From contig CAYMJU010000032.1 of assembly GCA_964390555.1 (NCBI GenBank), positions 30,563 through 94,562 of the forward strand: 64,000 nt of DNA. The letters are read 5' to 3'. This document shows, in pieces, positions 38,339 through 47,491 of the stretch. Within the stretch, counting starts at the first letter, position 1; every line of letters begins with the position of its first letter. A program made the position numbers and the translations under genes. Source of the DNA: an uncultured Acidimicrobiales bacterium. GTDB taxonomy: Bacteria > Actinomycetota > Acidimicrobiia > Acidimicrobiales > SHLQ01. The notes under the pieces are model-generated. The model saw only the letters and a list, made by a program, of their open reading frames with translations, did no database searches and was not told where the DNA came from.

Positions 38339-38494
38339 CGATCTCCCCTTGCTGTGAGGCCGCGCTCGACGGGCGATCGCTCACCCGCTTGCCCGCCGGA
38401 CTGGGTCCGGCGATTCACCCGCATGAGTCATCGGCACCACGGGGGCGGACCTTGAGCACTACAGGGGGGGCTTTGCGTCTCTACACTCCGCCTC

Positions 38495-39754
38495 ATGGCA
38501 TCGCGCAACGCACCCCTGGCCGGTATCGATCTGCTCGACATGGACCGCTTCGTGCGGGGCGAGCACCACGAGATGTTCCGCCGACTCCGGTCCGAGTCAC
38601 CGGTGTACTGGCACGCCGGGCCCGGGGCGGACGGGTTCTGGAACGTGACCAAGCACGCTGACCTGATCGAGGTGAACCGCGACGCGGTGACGTTCTCCTC
38701 CGAGGTCGGCGGGATCAGCATCTTCGACTTCGACCAGCACGAGGGCACGGGCGGTGGGATGGACCCGCGCGGCCTGATGATGCTGTACATGGATCCGCCG
38801 CGACACACGCGCTACCGGCTCCTCGTGAACAAGGGCTTCACGCCTCGCATGATCGGGTTGATCGAGCAGTACCTGCGGCACCGATCCACGCTGATCATCG
38901 ACAACGTGATCGAGAGCGGTTCCATCGACTTCGTCGACGACGTGGCGTCAGAACTGCCGCTTCAAGCCATCGCCGAGATCATGGGCGTCCCCCAGGAGGA
39001 TCGGCGGCTGTTGTTCGAGTGGTCCAACGCCATGATCGGCGCCGACGACCCCGAGTACCAGAACGAGGACAACGGCCTGGCGGTCATGCAGCTTTACGCC
39101 TACGTGAACGAGTTGGCCAAGGCGCGCGCCGCCGATCCCCGCGACGACATCGTCACCAAGCTGATCAACTCCGAGGTCGAAGGCGACAAGCTGTCCGAGA
39201 TCGAGTTCGACATGTTCATGATGCTGTTGACGGTGGCCGGCAACGAGACGACCCGCAACACCACATCCCACGGAATGCACGCCCTTCTCACCAACCCCGA
39301 CCAACTCGAATGGCTGATGGCCGATATCGACGGCCGGCTCGACTCGGCGATCGAGGAGATCCTGCGGTGGGCGTCGCCGGTGCTTCACTTCCGGCGAACG
39401 GCGACGGCCGATGCCGAGATTCGTGGGGTACCGATCTCGGCGGGCGACAAGGTCGTGATGTGGCACATCTCGGCCAACCGCGACGAGGAGGTGTTCGTCG
39501 ATCCCTACGAGTTCCGGCTCGACCGGTCGCCGAACGACCACATCGCGTTCGGCGGCGGTGGGCCGCACTTCTGCCTGGGAGCCAACCTGGCGCGCATGGA
39601 GCTGCGGCTGATCTTCCACGAGATCCTCACCCGGATCCCCGACATGACGCTCGCTGGCGAGCCCAAGTACCTGCGATCCAACTTCATCGGCGGCATCAAG
39701 CACATGCCGGTGCGGTTCGCGCCGGGCGCGAGAGCCGAGCCGGTGCCCGTCTGA
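38495..39754 (+). CDS. cytochrome P450 (CYP124/125/142-like)
   Basis: The heme loop is FGGGGPHFCLGANLARME, the I-helix is LLTVAGNETTRN and the ExxR motif is EEILRW. Confidence 0.9.
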   Translation: MASRNAPLAGIDLLDMDRFVRGEHHEMFRRLRSESPVYWHAGPGADGFWNVTKHADLIEVNRDAVTFSSEVGGISIFDFDQHEGTGGGMDPRGLMMLYMDPPRHTRYRLLVNKGFTPRMIGLIEQYLRHRSTLIIDNVIESGSIDFVDDVASELPLQAIAEIMGVPQEDRRLLFEWSNAMIGADDPEYQNEDNGLAVMQLYAYVNELAKARAADPRDDIVTKLINSEVEGDKLSEIEFDMFMMLLTVAGNETTRNTTSHGMHALLTNPDQLEWLMADIDGRLDSAIEEILRWASPVLHFRRTATADAEIRGVPISAGDKVVMWHISANRDEEVFVDPYEFRLDRSPNDHIAFGGGGPHFCLGANLARMELRLIFHEILTRIPDMTLAGEPKYLRSNFIGGIKHMPVRFAPGARAEPVPV

Positions 39755-39763
39755 CCCGCGCGA

Positions 39764-40279
39764 TCAGGCCGCGATCAGATCCAGAACCTCATCCTCGGGG
39801 ATCGCTCCTCGCCACGCCCCGAGGATCTCACCATCGGCCGCGAAGAGCGCCGCGGCTGGCTGCCCGGTGATGCCGAGCTGAGTCCACGACTCGAACGTCG
39901 CGTCCCAGTACATCGAGAGCGTCAGGTCGTGCCGATCGACGAACGCGATCGCGTCGTCGAGGTTGTCCTGGGTACCGAGTCCGATGACTCGGAGCTGGTC
40001 CGCGTTCTGTCGAGCGAACTGCTCGACGCCGGGGGCTTCCCCGTTGCACGCACTTCAGTGCGGGGCCCAGAACCACACGAGCAGCGGCTTGTCGGCCGGT
40101 AGCTGCGCCGCCAGCGACGCCGGCTCACCGGTGTGGAGATCGGCGACGTCGACCGCTGGCAACGGTGACCCCGATGACGCCTCGCTCGCCGTGTCGATCG
40201 CCGTCGGGCCAGCGCCGCCGCCGCAGGCGCCCATCGGCACCATGACGAGGGCGGCGACCGCCAGCAACCGTGAGCGCAT
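39764..40279 (-). CDS. TlpA/ResA-like thioredoxin-fold lipoprotein with in-frame TGA (predicted selenocysteine, UxxC motif)
   Basis: MRSRLLAVAALVMVPMGAC provides a lipobox. The sequence runs ...KPLLVWFWAPH-TGA-SACNGEAPGVEQFARQNADQLRVIGLGTQDNLDDAIAFVDRH...GITGQPAAALFAADGEILGAWRG. The TGA at 40055-40057 is codon 75 and aligns with the first Cys of FWAxWCxxC. The frame stays open with family-like sequence for 96 more codons to the stop at 39764. Confidence 0.75.
40026..40049 (-). promoter_or_regulatory. candidate bacterial SECIS hairpin downstream of the TlpA-like UGA
   Basis: mRNA: UGA-AGUGC-GUGC[AA]CGGGG-AAGC-CCCGGCGU. The stem has about 9 pairs (2 G-U), an AA bulge, and an apical loop containing G 19 nt after the UGA. 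Confidence 0.5.
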
Positions 40280-40350
40280 CGCTTGGACTGTACCGGCCTC
40301 GACGCCACCCCCGGAGCGCGCCGGGTGACGGGTTTCGCGATTGTTGTCGC

Positions 40351-41061
40351 TCAGGACGCGCCGACGCCCAAGAGGCTGCCGATCACATAGGTGGCCGCGC
40401 AGGCACCGGCCGCGACCGCGACCTGGCGGGCCGCCGTGCGCACGATCGATCGCTCCGTGAACCGGGCCAGAGCCACGCCGACGAGCACGGCCGCGATCAT
40501 CCCGATCACGACCGATGCCATCGCGGCCGCGGTTCCGCCGCCCATGAACCAGGGCACGAGCGGCAGCACGGCGCCGAGCGCGAAACCGAAGAACGAGGTG
40601 CCAGCCGCCCGGATCGCGCTGCCGAGGCCCGCCGGGTCGATGCCGAGCTCCTCGCGTGCATGGACGTCGAGCGCCACGACGGGGTCGGCATGGAAGTGAC
40701 GCGATACGACGTCGGCCTGTTCCCGAGACAGGCCACGGGAGCGGTAGATCGCCGCCAGCTCCTCCTGTTCGAGCCCTGGGTTCTCGGCCAACGAACGACG
40801 CTCGATCTCGAGCTCCCGCTCGATCAGCTCGTTCTGGGCGGTGACCGACACCCATTCCCCGGCCGCCATCGACAGTGCGCCGGCGAGCAGGCCCGACAGG
40901 CCCGCGAGTCGCACGAGCGAAGCGTCGGTGGAGGCGCCGGCGATGCCGAGCACCAACGCGACGTTCGACACCAGCCCATCGCTGACGCCGAACACCAACG
41001 CCCGCGCGGTGCCCCCCTGCACGTCACGATGCCGGTGCACCTGGTCGAAGGCTCGAGCCAC
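40351..41061 (-). CDS. VIT1/CCC1 family iron/manganese transporter
   Basis: Has ARALVFGVSDGLVSNVALVLGIAGAS and C-terminal TM helices with ...FALGAVLPLVPW. GTG 41061 lies 4 nt after the thiolase stop. The track's longer N-terminus overlaps the upstream gene. Confidence 0.8.
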   Translation of the reverse strand: MARAFDQVHRHRDVQGGTARALVFGVSDGLVSNVALVLGIAGASTDASLVRLAGLSGLLAGALSMAAGEWVSVTAQNELIERELEIERRSLAENPGLEQEELAAIYRSRGLSREQADVVSRHFHADPVVALDVHAREELGIDPAGLGSAIRAAGTSFFGFALGAVLPLVPWFMGGGTAAAMASVVIGMIAAVLVGVALARFTERSIVRTAARQVAVAAGACAATYVIGSLLGVGAS

Positions 41062-41065
41062 GTCG

Positions 41066-42520
41066 TCAGTCTCGCACCGACCGCGACGCGGTGCCGTGCC
41101 CGACCACCACTCGGGCGCCGCAAAGCTCGTCGCGCCTGGAGCGGCGCGCCGTCTCGGCGTCGAGCCGGGCCAGGGTCCGGCGGCCGTCGGCGAGATCGAC
41201 GATCGCCCAGCCGGTGTCGTCGGGAAGCGCGGTGTAGGTGACAACCCGGCCGGGGCCGTCGATGGCGGCCACGCACGGGACCCGGGGCGTCGCCGCTTCG
41301 ACCGCGCCGGTCACGTCGGCGTGCCAGTAGCCGTCGCCGGGCTCGCTCGACCACACCATCGCCCCCTGCTTGGTCAACATCCCGCTCACCGCGGTAACGA
41401 GTCCAACGCGGCCCGGTTCGGCCCGCAGTCGGCGCGCCATCACCGCCGTGCTCCAGAGGGTGTAGTGGTTGAACGGGCCACCGGCGAACGCCATGCCGCC
41501 GGTGACCGTGAGGTCCTGATGTTCGGGGTCGAGCCCGATCTCTCGCGCTTGCAGCCCGACGGCGACCGGAAAGCACGAATACAGATCGACCAGGTCGACG
41601 TCGTCGAGGTCGAGGTCGGCCAGCCCGAGCGCGGCCCGAGTGACCTGGCCAGCGCCCGGGCACCGCCACGGCTCGGCCCGTTCGGTCAGGGGGACTACGC
41701 AGTCGTGATCGGCGCCCGCGAGTGGGAAGACCCACCTGTCCGGCGCCACACCCGCCGCCCGGGCCGCGCCGACCGACATCAACAACAGCGCCGTCGACTG
41801 GTCGATCGTCCATTGGGTGCTGTGCCACTTGTTGTACGGGAAGGCGAGCGGCCGGTTACCCGGCGACGCGGCGGCGATCCCGCCAGCAGTACGGGCTCCG
41901 GCGAACCACGCTTCGGGATTCGTCGCGGCGATCTCGTCGAACCGGGACCACAAGGCGGCGACCTCGGCGGCGTGAGCGTCGAGCGTCAGGCCATCGTGAT
42001 GGCGAACGGCGTTCTCGATCATGGCGTACTGGTACACGGCTTCGATCAACCGGGCGTCGATCTCCAGCAGCGAGACCGGGATGTCGCTGGGCCGCCAGAG
42101 CTCGTCGGGATCGCGACCGGCGCGCGCCTCGGGGGCCTCGACCCCCGACCGGGCGGCGCGCTGAGCCCGGGCACGGTTCTCGACACCGAGCACCACGACC
42201 GAGTCGTGCTCACCTGACAGGATCGCCTCGCAGGCCCGGGCCAGAATCGCGGTCTGCGCGATTCCGAGCTGGGCGACCACGCTGGTAGCCCGCTCCGGCA
42301 CGCCGGCGGCGCGCGCTGCCGCGCCCCCGATATCGTCGCCTGACCAACTCCCCTTGGCCGTGAGGATCAGTGTCGTCGCGCCGGCCACGCCGACTCCGCC
42401 GGCATCGGCGAACGCTCCGTTGATCGCGCCCGTGGCGAGTGAGATCCGGTCGAGGTCGAGCCCCGGGTGACCAGCGGTGCCCACGCCGACCAGCACCGGC
42501 TGGCGATCGTCATCACCCAC
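41066..42520 (-). CDS. thiolase-superfamily protein (acetyl-CoA acetyltransferase / SCP-x-like)
   Basis: 484 aa. Has PVLVGVG..., DLVDLYSCFPVAV and GGMAFAGGPFNHY motifs, as in non-canonical actinobacterial thiolase-like (Ltp-type) proteins. Confidence 0.7.
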   Translation of the reverse strand: MGDDDRQPVLVGVGTAGHPGLDLDRISLATGAINGAFADAGGVGVAGATTLILTAKGSWSGDDIGGAAARAAGVPERATSVVAQLGIAQTAILARACEAILSGEHDSVVVLGVENRARAQRAARSGVEAPEARAGRDPDELWRPSDIPVSLLEIDARLIEAVYQYAMIENAVRHHDGLTLDAHAAEVAALWSRFDEIAATNPEAWFAGARTAGGIAAASPGNRPLAFPYNKWHSTQWTIDQSTALLLMSVGAARAAGVAPDRWVFPLAGADHDCVVPLTERAEPWRCPGAGQVTRAALGLADLDLDDVDLVDLYSCFPVAVGLQAREIGLDPEHQDLTVTGGMAFAGGPFNHYTLWSTAVMARRLRAEPGRVGLVTAVSGMLTKQGAMVWSSEPGDGYWHADVTGAVEAATPRVPCVAAIDGPGRVVTYTALPDDTGWAIVDLADGRRTLARLDAETARRSRRDELCGARVVVGHGTASRSVRD

Positions 42521-42598
42521 GGCGACCCCACCCGAACTGGCACGCTAGCCCGGTCGCCCGCGACGCATTTCGTGCGCCAGCACGCGTGGCGGGGTCGG

Positions 42599-43372
42599 TC
42601 ACGAACCGGCCTGGCTGCGGCCTCGATCTTGGATGGCCTGACGCTTCTCGGCGAGGTCGTCGGGGTTGAAGCTCTGCATCCACTCCGCCGACCGGCGCGC
42701 CTCGACGAGCCACGCTTCGGCACCGGTCGTGTCGGACGTGAGCCGGTAGGTGTCGCGAATGGCGGTGATCGCGTTCGGATCGATCGACGCGATGTCGCGG
42801 CCGAGCTGGATCGCCCTAGGCAGCAGCTCACCGTGGGGCACGACCTCGTTCACCAACCCCCATTGCAAGGCGGTGTCGGCATCGATGTAGTTGCCGGTGA
42901 ACGACATCTGCCGGGCCCGCCGGATACCGATCGCCTCCTGGAGGTTCACCGTGAGTCCCCACCCGGGCATGATCCCCACCCGGCTGTGCGTGTCCGCGAA
43001 CCGGGCCCGCTCCGACGCGACGAGGAAGTCGCACGCCAGGGCGTACTCGAACCCGCCGGTCACCGCGGGCCCGTTGACGGCGCCGATCAACGGGGTCGAC
43101 AGATCGGGGAACGGCCCGCGCTCCTGGGTGACGAACGCGGCGCTCCGCCCGGCGCCGGACCCGCTGATCTCCTTGAGATCGAGGCCGGCACAGAACGCGG
43201 GGTCGGCGCCGGTCAGCACGATCGCCCCGACGGTGGGGTCGGCGTCGAGCTGGCGTATGGCCGCGGTGGTGCCCTCGCGGAGCGCCTGGTTGAGCGCATT
43301 GCGCGCCTCGGGCCGGTTCATGGTGACCACACCCACGCCACCATCGATCTCGACCAACACCAGGTCGCTCAT
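42599..43372 (-). CDS. enoyl-CoA hydratase/isomerase (crotonase) family
   Basis: Has MSDLVLVEIDGGVGVVTMNRPEARNAL, LTGADPAFCAGLDLKE and AVNGPAVTGGFEYALACD. ATG is at 43372. Confidence 0.9.
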   Translation of the reverse strand: MSDLVLVEIDGGVGVVTMNRPEARNALNQALREGTTAAIRQLDADPTVGAIVLTGADPAFCAGLDLKEISGSGAGRSAAFVTQERGPFPDLSTPLIGAVNGPAVTGGFEYALACDFLVASERARFADTHSRVGIMPGWGLTVNLQEAIGIRRARQMSFTGNYIDADTALQWGLVNEVVPHGELLPRAIQLGRDIASIDPNAITAIRDTYRLTSDTTGAEAWLVEARRSAEWMQSFNPDDLAEKRQAIQDRGRSQAGS

Positions 43373-43385
43373 GATCGGCATCCGG

Positions 43386-43427
43386 GGAGCTGCGCTCCCA
43401 CGGCTGCACTCGCTCGCTGCGCTTCGC
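43386..43427. repeat. dispersed partial copy of the 7205-7400 repeat element
   Basis: GGAGCTGCGCTCCCACGGCTGCACTCGCTCGCTGCGCTTCGC matches the core of both units at 7249-7290 and 7341-7382. It lies in the divergent intergenic region between the crotonase and SDR genes. Confidence 0.8.
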
Positions 43428-43504
43428 TCATGACGTCCCCTTTCGACAACCGGCCTCGGACCCGGCAGGCTAACCAGGGTCGACGAACCCGGACGAGGTG
43501 TGCG

Positions 43505-44290
43505 ATGAGGTTGCAGGACAAGGTCGCCATCGTTACCGGTGGAGGCAGCGGAATCGGGCTGGCATATTGCCGCCGATTCCTCATGGAGGGCGCGACAGTC
43601 ATGATCGCCGACATCGGCGAGGAACAAGGCCGTCGGGCGGCCGACGAGCTCGCGCCGATCGGCGACGTCGCCTTCGTGAAGACCGACATCGCCGACGAGG
43701 CATCGGCCGCCAACGCCGTCGCCGCCACGATCGAGCGGTTCGAGCGAGTGGACATCCTGGTCAACAACGCTGCTATCTACGGTGACTACGAGGGCCAGAA
43801 CCAGTCGCTCGCGTACCTGAAGCGGGTGTTCGACGTGAACGTGCACGGCCAGTGGCTCATGGCCCGAGCCGCGGCGCCTCACATGGTGCGCCAAGGGTGG
43901 GGGCGCATCATCAACATCGCGTCGATCGCGGCCTACCTGCACCAGCTCTCCTCGGGCGCCGGGGGATCGCCCGACGACTTCGAGCTGTCGAGCTTCTCCT
44001 ACCAGCAGTCGAAGTGGGGTGTGGTCGGCCTGACCCGCCATCTGGCCGGACAGCTCGGTCAGTACAACGTGACCTGCAACTGCATCGCGCCCGGCCTGGT
44101 GAACACCGCGGCCACCGAGAAGCAGGTCCCCGGCGACTTCCAGCCGATGTTCGCCGTGATGTCGGCCATGCGTCGCAACACCGAACCCGAGCACATGGTC
44201 GGCCCCGCCGTGTTCTTCGCCAGCAGCGACGCCGACATGGTCAACGGTCAAACGCTAGTCGTCGACGGCGGCAACGTGATGCTGTCGTGA
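43505..44290 (+). CDS. SDR family oxidoreductase
   Basis: Has MRLQDKVAIVTGGGSGIG (TGxxxGxG), NNAA and the YxxxK motif (YQQSKWG). Confidence 0.9.
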   Translation: MRLQDKVAIVTGGGSGIGLAYCRRFLMEGATVMIADIGEEQGRRAADELAPIGDVAFVKTDIADEASAANAVAATIERFERVDILVNNAAIYGDYEGQNQSLAYLKRVFDVNVHGQWLMARAAAPHMVRQGWGRIINIASIAAYLHQLSSGAGGSPDDFELSSFSYQQSKWGVVGLTRHLAGQLGQYNVTCNCIAPGLVNTAATEKQVPGDFQPMFAVMSAMRRNTEPEHMVGPAVFFASSDADMVNGQTLVVDGGNVMLS

Positions 44291-44315
44291 CTCGCCGAAA
44301 CGCCGCTCTCGGACC

Positions 44316-45416
44316 GTGACCCGCACCGCGCTGGTAGTCGGCGGCACGGGGCCCACCGGCCCGCTGATCCTGCGCGGGCTGGAGGCACGGGGATACTCCG
44401 TGACCATCCTGCACACCGGTGCCCACGAGATCCCCGAGGTGGCCCACGTCCCGCACCTGCACTGCGACGTGAAGTCAGCCGAGGCGCTGACCGACGCCAT
44501 CCGTAGCCTCACGTTCGATGCTGCCGTGGTCACCTACGGCCGCCTGCGGACGGTGGCCGAGGTACTGGTCGGCAAGGTCGGCCAGTTCGTGTCCGTCGGC
44601 GGTGTGCCGGCGCACCGCGGCTTCTTCGACGCCGCTCGCTACGACCCGCCCGGCATGCCCGTTCCCGCGCGGGAGGACGGGCTCGCCGCCGACGAGGACG
44701 ACGACGGCAAGAGCTACCGGATCGCCCGCACCGAGCAGTTGGTGATGGACGTCCAGCCCCGGGCCGCACACTTCCGCTACCCGTACCTTTACGGGCCCCG
44801 GCAACCGGTCCCGCGCGAATGGCTGGTCGTGCGCCGCATCCTCGACGGCCGGCGCCGCATGATCGTCCCCGACGGCGGGCTCACGTTGCAGTCGTTCGCC
44901 TACGCCGAGAACGCGGCCCATGCGGTGCTGTGCGCTCTCGATCACCCCGAAGCCGCCGCCGGCCAGATCTTCAACGTGGCCGACGAGGAGACGCTCTCAC
45001 TAGCCCAGGTGATCGCCCTGTGCGCCGAAGAGCTCGGCGTCGAGATGGAGCAGGTGTCGATGCCGACCGCGCTGGCCGTCGCGGCCCGCCCGTTGCTCAT
45101 GGCGCAGTCGCCGACGCACCGGGTGCTCGACACAGCCAAGCTGCGAACCCTGCTGGGTTACCGCGACCTGGTGCCGGCTCGCCGGGCCATCGGGCTGGTC
45201 GCCCGCTGGTTGGCCGACAACCCACTCGCCCCGGGGGGCATGGAGGAACGGGTCCTCGAGGACCCGTTCGACTACGCCGCCGAGGACGCGGCGATGGACT
45301 CGTGGCGATCTGCGCTAGCCGGATTCGAGCAGCCGGCCTACGCAGTGACCCCCGGGTACGGGCTGCATTACGCCGGCCCCGGGGCCAGCTACGCACGCCC
45401 TGACACCCGCATCTGA
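44316..45416 (+). CDS. NAD-dependent epimerase/dehydratase family protein
   Basis: The N-terminal Rossmann motif is ALVVGGTGPTGPLILRGL. The protein is 366 aa. Confidence 0.7.
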   Translation: MTRTALVVGGTGPTGPLILRGLEARGYSVTILHTGAHEIPEVAHVPHLHCDVKSAEALTDAIRSLTFDAAVVTYGRLRTVAEVLVGKVGQFVSVGGVPAHRGFFDAARYDPPGMPVPAREDGLAADEDDDGKSYRIARTEQLVMDVQPRAAHFRYPYLYGPRQPVPREWLVVRRILDGRRRMIVPDGGLTLQSFAYAENAAHAVLCALDHPEAAAGQIFNVADEETLSLAQVIALCAEELGVEMEQVSMPTALAVAARPLLMAQSPTHRVLDTAKLRTLLGYRDLVPARRAIGLVARWLADNPLAPGGMEERVLEDPFDYAAEDAAMDSWRSALAGFEQPAYAVTPGYGLHYAGPGASYARPDTRI

Positions 45417-45483
45417 CAGACGGGTGACTCGCCGGTCAAATCCCGCCGGATTGGCTACATCGGCCCCGGCCTAGGCTCGGGGC

Positions 45484-47487
45484 ATGAGCACGCGGACGGT
45501 TCTCGGTACCTGCCACCACGATTGCCCGGACTCGTGCGGGTGGGTGGTCACCGTCGAAGGGGATCGGGCCGTGAAGCTGCGCGGCAACCCCGATCACCCG
45601 TACTCCCTGGGCGAGTTGTGCCCCAAGGTCAACCGGTTCCTCGACCGGGTCTACGCCGACGACCGACTCCTTCACCCCCTCGTCCGCAGTGGCCCCAAAG
45701 GCACGGGCGAGTTCCGGACGGTGACGTGGGCCGAGGCGACCGCGCTGGTCGCGGAGCGGGTGGGCGCCGTCATCGCCGAGCACGGCGGCGAGGCCGTGCT
45801 GCCATGGTGGGATGCCGGCACGCAGGGGCTGATCCAGATGTCCAGCCTGGACCGGCGCTTCTTCGCCCAGCTCGGCGCATCTCGGCTCACCGGCTCGATC
45901 TGCGGAGCGACCGCTGGAGCCGGCACCGCCGCGACCTACGGAACCGGCCGCACCGCCGACCCACTCGACGTGGTGCACGCCGAGGTGGTGATCCTGTGGG
46001 GCACCAACACGCGGCTGACCAACCGGCACCTCTGGCCCTTCGTTGAACAGGCCCGGGCCAACGGGGCGCAGGTCGTCGTCATCGACCCGATGCGCACCGT
46101 CACCGCCGAGTCGGCCGATTGGTTCATCCAACCGCGGCCCGGCACCGACGTGGCTCTGATGCTCGCGATCATGCATGTGCTCGTCCGCGACGACCTGGTC
46201 GACCACCGCTACGTCGATGACCACGCCACCGGATACGAGGACCTGGCGGACCGCGTCGCCGACTGGACGCCCGAGCGCGCCGCGGCCGAAACCGGAATCG
46301 GGGCCGACGAGATCGAACGCCTGGCCCGGCTGTATGGCTCGACCAAGCGCACGTTCATCCGCACCCTGATCGGGGCCGAGCACCACGCCAACGGCGCCAT
46401 GTTCTTCCGCACCCTCGCGTGCCTACCGGTGCTCACCGGAGCGTGGACCGTCCTCGGCGGGGGCCTGGCCCGCTCGACCGGCATCTGGTCCGAGGCCCAC
46501 ACCGACAGCTCGGTGTTCGACCCCGTCGACCGACCGGCGACCCGGGCGATCAACATGAACCACCTCGGGCGAGCGCTCACCGACCCGTCGATCGGCATCC
46601 ACGCCCTGTTCGTGTGGTGCGCCAACCCATTGGTTTCGGTCCCCAACTCGACGCAGGTCCGGGCCGGCCTCGAGCGTGACGACCTGTTCTGCGTGGTGTC
46701 AGAGCAGTTCCTCACCGACACCGCCCGCTACGCCGACGTGGTGTTCCCGGCCACCACCCAGATCGAGCAGGTCGACGTGATCCCTTCGTGGGGGTCGATG
46801 CACATGGGATGGAACGAAGCGGCGATCGCCCCGCTAGGCGAGGCGGTGCCCAACACCGAACTGTGGCGGCGACTGGCGCGGGCGTTCGGGATGAGCGACC
46901 CGCTGTTCGATCTCGACGACGAGGCCCTGATCCAGCTGGCGATCAGGGGCCACGACGTTGCCGAGTTCCGCACGCAGGGGTGGCTGGAGCATGACCTCGT
47001 CCGCCCCCACCTCCCATACGCACATGGAGGATTCGCCACTGCTGACGGCCGGGCTCAGCTCCGCGCCGACGGGCTCTCCGGCATCGGCGCCGATCCTCTG
47101 CCCGTCTACCAGGCCCCACCCGCGCCCACCGCCGAGCATCCACTGGTTCTGTTGTCGCCCAAGACCCACGCGCGATTCCTCAACTCCACCTATTCACACC
47201 ACCACGGCCCTCTCGAAAGCGGTCCCTACGTCGAGCTCGACCCCGCCGATGCGGCCGAGCGGGACATCGCCGAGGGCGACCCGGTCCGGATCCACAACGA
47301 CCGAGCAAGCCTCACGCTCCCGGCCCGGTTCACCGGCCGAGTGCGCCCCGGCGTCGTCGCGGTGCCGTGGGCGTGGTGGGGCGAGGTCGCCAACGTCAAC
47401 GCCCTCACCGACGACACCCTCACCGAGTGGGGCGGCGGCGTCGGCTACTCCGACACCCTGGTGCAGGTCTCCCCCGTCATACGCTGA
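45484..47487 (+). CDS. molybdopterin (bis-MGD) oxidoreductase, MopB superfamily
   Basis: The N-terminal 4Fe-4S motif is CHHDCPDSCGW...C. MGD-binding blocks and a C-terminal beta-barrel (GDPVRIHNDRASL) are present. The candidate Mo-ligand residue is Cys (GSICGAT), not TGA. Confidence 0.85.
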   Translation: MSTRTVLGTCHHDCPDSCGWVVTVEGDRAVKLRGNPDHPYSLGELCPKVNRFLDRVYADDRLLHPLVRSGPKGTGEFRTVTWAEATALVAERVGAVIAEHGGEAVLPWWDAGTQGLIQMSSLDRRFFAQLGASRLTGSICGATAGAGTAATYGTGRTADPLDVVHAEVVILWGTNTRLTNRHLWPFVEQARANGAQVVVIDPMRTVTAESADWFIQPRPGTDVALMLAIMHVLVRDDLVDHRYVDDHATGYEDLADRVADWTPERAAAETGIGADEIERLARLYGSTKRTFIRTLIGAEHHANGAMFFRTLACLPVLTGAWTVLGGGLARSTGIWSEAHTDSSVFDPVDRPATRAINMNHLGRALTDPSIGIHALFVWCANPLVSVPNSTQVRAGLERDDLFCVVSEQFLTDTARYADVVFPATTQIEQVDVIPSWGSMHMGWNEAAIAPLGEAVPNTELWRRLARAFGMSDPLFDLDDEALIQLAIRGHDVAEFRTQGWLEHDLVRPHLPYAHGGFATADGRAQLRADGLSGIGADPLPVYQAPPAPTAEHPLVLLSPKTHARFLNSTYSHHHGPLESGPYVELDPADAAERDIAEGDPVRIHNDRASLTLPARFTGRVRPGVVAVPWAWWGEVANVNALTDDTLTEWGGGVGYSDTLVQVSPVIR

Positions 47488-47491
47488 CCGC

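Noticed and set aside
40055-40057. The TlpA-like gene as a simple nonsense-mutation pseudogene
   Set aside because: This cannot be fully excluded. It is disfavoured because the TGA falls exactly on the redox-active Cys codon and the downstream 96 codons remain open and family-like. A SECIS-like hairpin follows at the right distance, and selD in the same window also uses TGA-Sec.
45484-47487. Molybdopterin oxidoreductase as a third selenoprotein (FdhA-like Sec)
   Set aside because: The ORF is uninterrupted, and the candidate Mo-ligand position is an ordinary Cys codon (GSICGAT). There is no in-frame TGA.
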